The notes under the pieces were generated by a model. That model had not been told where the DNA came from and ran no database searches. It worked only from the letters and a program-made list of their open reading frames with translations. From positions 1 to 38,645 of the forward strand of contig DATKKN010000073.1 of NCBI GenBank assembly GCA_035542895.1: a stretch of 38,645 nt of DNA, read 5' to 3'. This DNA comes from Methanomicrobiales archaeon. Its GTDB lineage: Archaea > Halobacteriota > Methanomicrobia > Methanomicrobiales > JACTUA01. Positions 33,804-38,645 of this stretch are shown here, in pieces (position 1 is the stretch's first letter; each line of letters begins with the position of its first letter). The translations under genes and the position numbers were made by a program.

Positions 33804-34862
33804 TCATGAAGTGAAGTCAGAGTCGGCAAACGAACCGAACCGGTAGGGAGGCATGAGGATCCCTTCCTCGGTTATAATGGCAGAAACGAGGGACAGGGGA
33901 GTGGCGTCGAAGGCGGGGTTCTCCACCCGCGCCGCGTCCGGGACGAGGGTGAGCCCGCCGCACCGGCTCACCTCCTCCCTGTTGCGTTCCTCAACGGTCA
34001 CATCCTTCTCCCGCGTGCCCGGGTCAAAGGTCGAGCGGGGAGCGGCGACATAAAACGGGATCCCGTGGTGGCGGGCGCAGACGGCATGCATGTAGGTGCC
34101 GATCTTGTTGAAGACGGCGTCCCGGGTGATCCGGTCGGCGCCGACCATGACGAGATCGACCCGCCCCCTCCGCATGAGGGACGCCGCTGCACTATCGGGG
34201 ATAACGGTGACCTCGATCCCGTCCCGGGAGAGCTCCCATGCGGTGAGCCGCGCCCCCTGGAAGAGGGGCCTCGTCTCGCAGGCGATGACCTTCACCAGTT
34301 TCCCGGCCCGGGCCGCGGAGCGGACGACGCCGAGGGCCGTGCCCCATTCGGTGCATGCGAGGGCCCCGGCATTGCAATGGGTGAGGATGGCTGCTCCTTC
34401 GGGGATGAGTTTCACCCCGTTCTCCCCGATCGCAAGGCAGGTCGCCCGGTCCTCCCCGGCCATGAGGATCGCCTCGCGGACCGCAACCATCCGTGCTTCC
34501 CCGGGGGTTTTCGCTTCCTTCACCCGGGCCAGGACCCGGTGAATGCCCCAGGAGAGGTTCACCGCCGTTGGCCGGGTGGCGGCGAGGCGTGCCGCGGCTT
34601 CCCCGACATCCCGGAGAAGGCCTTCGAGGGTTGCCGCCCGGCTCTTTCCTGCGGCGAGGGCTACCCCCATTCCCCCGGCGACGCCGAGGGCGGGAGCTCC
34701 CCGCACCTCGAGGCGTTTGATGGCGACGATAAGGCGGTCGACAGAGTCGCAGCTGACCAGCTCGTACTTCCCGGGGAGCAGGGTCTGGTCGATGAACCGT
34801 ACGACCCCTGTTTCCCGGTCCCAGGATATCGTCGGTTCCAGCTCCGGGGGCACGTCTCTCAC
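33804..34862 (-). CDS. mtnA: S-methyl-5-thioribose-1-phosphate isomerase family protein (eIF-2B alpha/beta/delta-like, MtnA-type).
   Basis: Supporting motifs are 'FIDQTLLP', 'AIKRLEVRGAPALGVAGGMG', 'THCNAGALA', 'ETRPLFQGARLTAWEL' and 'VGADRITRDAVFNKIGTY'. Confidence 0.85.
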   Translation of the reverse strand: MRDVPPELEPTISWDRETGVVRFIDQTLLPGKYELVSCDSVDRLIVAIKRLEVRGAPALGVAGGMGVALAAGKSRAATLEGLLRDVGEAAARLAATRPTAVNLSWGIHRVLARVKEAKTPGEARMVAVREAILMAGEDRATCLAIGENGVKLIPEGAAILTHCNAGALACTEWGTALGVVRSAARAGKLVKVIACETRPLFQGARLTAWELSRDGIEVTVIPDSAAASLMRRGRVDLVMVGADRITRDAVFNKIGTYMHAVCARHHGIPFYVAAPRSTFDPGTREKDVTVEERNREEVSRCGGLTLVPDAARVENPAFDATPLSLVSAIITEEGILMPPYRFGSFADSDFTS

Positions 34863-36130
34863 TCCCGCAGGGTATCGGTGAAGGCACGCATCGCGGCCGC
34901 GCCCCCCGTGGCGACCGAGTCAGGGATGTCCCGGGGCGCCGTCGCGGTGCCTGCGATGTAAATCCCCGGCCGCTCCGTGAGGAAGGGCCCGAGCTTATCA
35001 TCGAGGGGGCGCACGAACCCGGAGACCTCGAGCGGGATCCCGAGGATCCCGGCGACCTCGCAGGTCCCCTCGCCGGGCCCGATACCGACCGAGAGGACGA
35101 CCAGGCCGGGGTGGAGGATCTCGACCTCCTGCGTCTCGGTGTTCTCCACCTGGAGGGCCGGGCCCCTGCCATCGGACCAGACCTCGCCCGGCAGGCCCTT
35201 CAGGAACCTGATCCCCATCCGCTCGGCGCGGTTGAAGTACTCCTCGTAGCCCTTCCCGTACGCCCGGATGTCGTTGTGGCAGATGGTCACCTCGATCCCG
35301 GGGTACTTCTCCGAAAGAAGGATGGCGTTCTTGATGGCCGCCATGCAGCAGACGCAGGAGCACCAGGGCCGGTCGATGGAGGCGTCACGCGATCCGACGC
35401 ACTGGATAAACACGACGCTCCCCGGGACCTCCCCGGTGGAGAGGCGCAGGATCTTCCCGCCGGTCGGCCCGCTCGCGTTCATCATCCGCTCGAGCTCGAG
35501 GCTCGTTATGACATCGGGGATGGCGAGGTACCCGAGACCCCCTTTCTTCCGGGCATCGAAAACCGAGTAGCCGGTCGCGATGACGATGCTCGCGACCTCG
35601 ATTTCGAACTTCCTCTCCTCTTCCTCCTTCCTGATGGCGTCCAGATCGCAGACATCGTAGCAGAGGCCGCACTCGATGCAGTGCTCCGCGTCCTTGATGA
35701 CGATGCCGGGGACCGCCTGGGAATGGGGCCGGTAGATGGCCTTCCTGACGCCGATCCCCGCATCGAACCGGTTGTAGACCTCCACCGGGCAGATGATCTC
35801 GCAGTCGCCGCAGCCGTTGCATTTCCCGGTATCCACGAACCGGGGCTTTTCGACGAGGCCGAGCCGGTAATTCCCCGGCTCCCCTTCAACCGACACGACC
35901 TCGGTGCAGGTGTGGAGCGTGATGAGCGGGTGGCGGGAGACCTCGGTCATTTTCGGCGAGAGGATGCACATCGAGCAGTCGTTCGTGGGGAAGGTCTTGT
36001 CGAGCTGGGCCATGTGCCCCCCGATGGAGGGCTCCCGCTCGATGAGATGGACGCGGATACCGTGGTTCGCGATATCGAGGGACGCCTGGATGCCGGCGAT
36101 CCCCCCGCCGATGACCGCGACCTCACCCAT
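34859..36130 (-). CDS. HdrA-like FAD/FeS oxidoreductase (short form: thioredoxin-reductase-like core plus the inserted 2x[4Fe-4S] ferredoxin domain).
   Basis: The FAD motif is 'VAVIGGGIAGIQASLDIA'. HdrA signatures are 'FPTNDCSMCIL' and 'CVGSRD....RPWCSCVCC'. The ferredoxin motifs are 'CNGCGDCEIICP' and 'CIECGLCYDVC'. At 423 aa it is well short of the roughly 650 aa of canonical HdrA. Confidence 0.8.
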   Translation of the reverse strand: MGEVAVIGGGIAGIQASLDIANHGIRVHLIEREPSIGGHMAQLDKTFPTNDCSMCILSPKMTEVSRHPLITLHTCTEVVSVEGEPGNYRLGLVEKPRFVDTGKCNGCGDCEIICPVEVYNRFDAGIGVRKAIYRPHSQAVPGIVIKDAEHCIECGLCYDVCDLDAIRKEEEERKFEIEVASIVIATGYSVFDARKKGGLGYLAIPDVITSLELERMMNASGPTGGKILRLSTGEVPGSVVFIQCVGSRDASIDRPWCSCVCCMAAIKNAILLSEKYPGIEVTICHNDIRAYGKGYEEYFNRAERMGIRFLKGLPGEVWSDGRGPALQVENTETQEVEILHPGLVVLSVGIGPGEGTCEVAGILGIPLEVSGFVRPLDDKLGPFLTERPGIYIAGTATAPRDIPDSVATGGAAAMRAFTDTLRE

Positions 36131-36611
36131 GCTGGTAACTCTTCGCGAGCTCGATGTAGCTCAGGGCGTTCTTCCGGATGTTCTCCCTCTGGGCAGGGCT
36201 CGCCTGTTTTACGACCTTCCCGGGGACCCCCATCACCACCGATCCCGCGGGGATGGTGCTCCCCTCGGTGACCACTGCACCCGCGGCGATGATGCTCTCA
36301 TACCCGATCACAGCTCCATTCATGATGATGGCCCCCATGCCGACAAGGACCCGGTCGCCGATGGTGCACCCGTGGAGGATCGCGCCGTGCCCGACCGAGA
36401 CCTCCCTCCCGAGCCGGGTCGGAAAACCCTTGCTCGTGTGGACGACGGCGTTGTCCTGGATGTTCGAACCGGCCCCGATCTCGATCCGGTCCTTGTCGCC
36501 CCGGATCACCGCGCCGAACCAGACGCCCGTGTCCTCGCCGAGCGAGACATCACCGACCACCGTCGCCGTCGGGGCGATGAAGAGGGGGCTTCCGGACGCA
36601 CCACCAGCCAT
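36123..36611 (-). CDS. Gamma-class carbonic anhydrase / left-handed beta-helix (hexapeptide repeat) family protein.
   Basis: Hexapeptide repeats are present with 'VIRGD...IEIG..SNIQDNAVVH' and 'VSVGHGAILHGCTIGD'. Length is 162 aa. I chose ATG 36611; the track start at 37004 runs through the divergent coaD gene. Confidence 0.8.
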   Translation of the reverse strand: MAGGASGSPLFIAPTATVVGDVSLGEDTGVWFGAVIRGDKDRIEIGAGSNIQDNAVVHTSKGFPTRLGREVSVGHGAILHGCTIGDRVLVGMGAIIMNGAVIGYESIIAAGAVVTEGSTIPAGSVVMGVPGKVVKQASPAQRENIRKNALSYIELAKSYQHG

Positions 36612-36641
36612 AATACCATAAAAGGTTACATTTTCTCTCGA

Positions 36642-37100
36642 ATGAAGGTTATGGTGGGCGGGACCTTCGACCCGCTCCATGCCGGGCACCGGAAACTCCT
36701 CGGCCGCTCCTTCGAGCTTGCCGGGCCGGGCGGGTGCGTGGTCATCGGCCTCACGACCGACGAGTTTGCCGGAAGGAAGACACACCCGGTGCGCCCGTTC
36801 GGGGAGCGGAAGCGGGAGCTCGAACGGTTCATCAGGGAGGAAAGGTTCGCCGCCTCGTACCGCATCGAGCCCCTCGGGGACCGGTACGGGCCCGCTCCGG
36901 ACGAGGACTTCGACGCGCTCGTCGTGTCCGAGGAGACCCTGCCCGTCGGGATGGAGATCAACCGGATCAGGCAGGAGCGGGGAAAAAGGAAGGTGGACCT
37001 CCACCAGATCTCCTGCGTCCTCGCCGATGACGGGAGATGGATCTCAAGCACCCGGATCTACCGCGGGGAGATCGACCGCGAAGGAAGGATCGTCAGATGA
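36642..37100 (+). CDS. coaD: Archaeal-type phosphopantetheine adenylyltransferase.
   Basis: 'MKVMVGGTFDPLHAGHRKLL' contains the (T/H)xGH nucleotidyltransferase motif, and 'ISSTRI' lies near the C-terminus. Length is 152 aa. I chose ATG 36642 over the track start at 35904. Confidence 0.8.
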   Translation: MKVMVGGTFDPLHAGHRKLLGRSFELAGPGGCVVIGLTTDEFAGRKTHPVRPFGERKRELERFIREERFAASYRIEPLGDRYGPAPDEDFDALVVSEETLPVGMEINRIRQERGKRKVDLHQISCVLADDGRWISSTRIYRGEIDREGRIVR

Positions 37101-37557
37101 TGTGGCTTGCGATGTCCTTCGTGATTATCCAGTCGCAGTAGAGGCAGTGGAGCCCCCGGGGGAGGACCTCGAATGCCGACTCGATGGGTTCGCTCGCGTT
37201 CGAGATGCACCCCGGGTTCGGGCATTTCACGACGGCCCGGATGACCTTCGGGATGGTCACCCCCTTCTTTTCGACGACCTCGTAGTCCCGGATGATGTTG
37301 ATGGTCGCGTGGGGGGCGATGAGCGCGATCCGGTCCACCTCCTCCTTCCGCAGTTCCCTTCTTTCGATCTTCAGGATGTCCTTCTTCCCTTCCTTCCTGC
37401 TCGCGACGTTCGTTGCGATGGAGAGGGACTCGGTGGTCGTGCCGCCGATCCCGAGGATGGAGAGGACGTTCAGCGCCTCACCTGCCGTGATATGGTCGAT
37501 GACCGTCCCGTCCTTGATCTGGCTTACCAGAAGAGTACGATTCTGGCCCGGGGTCAT
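37093..37557 (-). CDS. pyrI: Aspartate carbamoyltransferase regulatory subunit.
   Basis: 'LLVSQIKDGTVIDHI' is near the N-terminus, and the C-terminal zinc site is 'CPNPGCISN.....CLYC'. Length is 154 aa. Confidence 0.9.
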   Translation of the reverse strand: MTPGQNRTLLVSQIKDGTVIDHITAGEALNVLSILGIGGTTTESLSIATNVASRKEGKKDILKIERRELRKEEVDRIALIAPHATINIIRDYEVVEKKGVTIPKVIRAVVKCPNPGCISNASEPIESAFEVLPRGLHCLYCDWIITKDIASHII

Positions 37558-38450
37558 CGCATCACCTCCGAGAGGAGGGCCATCCTGACCGGGACGCCGT
37601 TCCGGGACTGGTCGAAGTACCGGGCATGGGGGGTGCTGTCGACCCGGGGGTCGATCTCGTCCACCCGGGGGAGCGGGTGGAGGAGGATGAGCCGGTCCTT
37701 CACCCCCTGGAGAGTCTCGGGTGTAATCCGGTAGCTCGACGCGACATCATAGTAGGAGCCGAGATCCGGAAACCTCTCCTTCTGGATCCGGGTGACGTAG
37801 AGGACATCGAGGCCGCGGAGGATCCGTCCCATCTCGTGGTGGATCCTTACCTCCATGCCACGCTCCCTGAGTTCTGCGACGAGCCCCTCGGGGAACTCGA
37901 GGCCCTTCGGGGCGATGGCATGGAGGGTCACATTGTAGAGGGACAGGGCGTATGCGAGCGAATGGGCAGTACGGCCGTACCTCAGGTCCCCGAGGATCCC
38001 TACCTCGAGCCCGTCGAGGTCCATGGACTGCCGGATGGTGTAGAGGTCGAGGAGCGTCTGGGAGGGGTGCTGCCCCGCCCCATCGCCCGCGTTGATGACC
38101 GGGACCGTCGCAAACTCGGAGGCGAGCCGGGCCGCGCCCTCCTTCGGGTGCCGGAGTACGATGGCGTCGGTGTACCCGCTCACGACCCGGATGGTGTCCG
38201 CAAGGGTCTCCCCCTTCGCGATGGAGGAGGCCTCGACGGAGTCGACCGAGATGGAGCTCCCCCCGAGGCGCGCCATTGCTGAGGCGAAGGACATGCGGGT
38301 CCGGGTGGATGGCTCAAAGAAGAGCAGGGCGACGATTTTCCCGGCGAGAAGGTTCCGGTCATACCCGCCGCCTGCGAACTTTTCGGCGCGATCGAGAAGA
38401 TGGTCAAGATCCCGGCGTTCAAAATCCCTGATGGAGATGATATGCCGCAC
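37554..38450 (-). CDS. pyrB: Aspartate carbamoyltransferase catalytic subunit.
   Basis: Supporting motifs are 'FFEPSTRTRMSF', 'LRHP', 'INAGDGAGQHPSQ' and 'HPLPRVDEI'. GTG start, with a 4-bp overlap with pyrI. Confidence 0.92.
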   Translation of the reverse strand: MRHIISIRDFERRDLDHLLDRAEKFAGGGYDRNLLAGKIVALLFFEPSTRTRMSFASAMARLGGSSISVDSVEASSIAKGETLADTIRVVSGYTDAIVLRHPKEGAARLASEFATVPVINAGDGAGQHPSQTLLDLYTIRQSMDLDGLEVGILGDLRYGRTAHSLAYALSLYNVTLHAIAPKGLEFPEGLVAELRERGMEVRIHHEMGRILRGLDVLYVTRIQKERFPDLGSYYDVASSYRITPETLQGVKDRLILLHPLPRVDEIDPRVDSTPHARYFDQSRNGVPVRMALLSEVMR

Positions 38451-38645
38451 CGGATCATCCCGCCCGGTGCCCGGATCCTTCCAGGAACAGCATCATGTTC
38501 ACGATCCCCCTTCCGGTATCGGTGTGGGCTATCCAGAATTTATTCGGCATCTCTCCTGATAGAAGTATCTGGGAACGACAGAGGTGCAAGGGTTCTTGCC
38601 CCTGCCCGGCAAAGACGTTCCCGGGGATACTTATGTGCGATATCA

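Noticed and set aside
38455-38550. A 31-codon upstream ORF (MPNKFWIAHTDTGRGIVNMMLFLEGSGHRAG) ending 4 nt before the pyrB GTG start, reminiscent of the bacterial pyrBI leader peptide.
   Set aside because: The GGAG element lies only about 2 nt from the ATG. There is no pyrimidine-sensitive pause or terminator structure that I can see, and no precedent that I know of in archaea. It is most likely a chance ORF in the pyrB promoter or leader, checkable only with Ribo-seq or comparative data.

Overview
This 38.6-kb, high-GC (about 60-65% by eye) window looks like the chromosome of a methanogenic euryarchaeon, probably Methanomicrobiales-like. The archaeal markers are class I LysRS, DGGGP synthase, diphthine synthase, Trm1, archaeal-type PPAT, a DRG GTPase, a NusA-like KH protein and an HdrA-like flavoprotein. 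Genes are tightly packed, and many neighbouring genes overlap by 4 bp at stop/start (ATGA or GTGA). I call about 41 protein genes and two tRNAs, tRNA-Glu(CUC) and tRNA-Arg(CCU). Three transporter clusters are present: Feo iron uptake with a DtxR-FeoA fusion regulator, a Liv-type branched-chain amino-acid ABC system, and a Cbi/Nik-type ECF cobalt/nickel system with its own DtxR-type regulator. There is also a PAS histidine kinase / REC-PAS pair and pyrBI. One long ORF is missing from the supplied track because it runs off the left edge: a pilin-like class III signal-peptide protein at 1-1466 on the minus strand. Many long ORFs in the track are antisense or alternative-frame artefacts of the high GC content, and several real genes are N-terminally over-extended there. 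I see no CRISPR array, integrase or transposase, no recognisable defence island and no rRNA, so the window is mostly core housekeeping. The items most worth a second look are: (i) a modular array of CGGAG-type repeats immediately upstream of lysK; (ii) a convergent pair of cis-prenyltransferase homologues with complementary motif loss, suggesting a heteromeric enzyme; (iii) a probably leaderless HNH-like protein with apparently degenerate catalytic residues and a histone-H1-like repeat tail, next to tRNA-Glu; (iv) a tightly coupled operon of gamma-CA-like, minimal HdrA-like and MtnA genes, followed by DUF116; (v) a 500-bp gene-free gap with an AT-rich island that could encode a small RNA. All functional calls rest on motif recognition by eye, and no searches were run.
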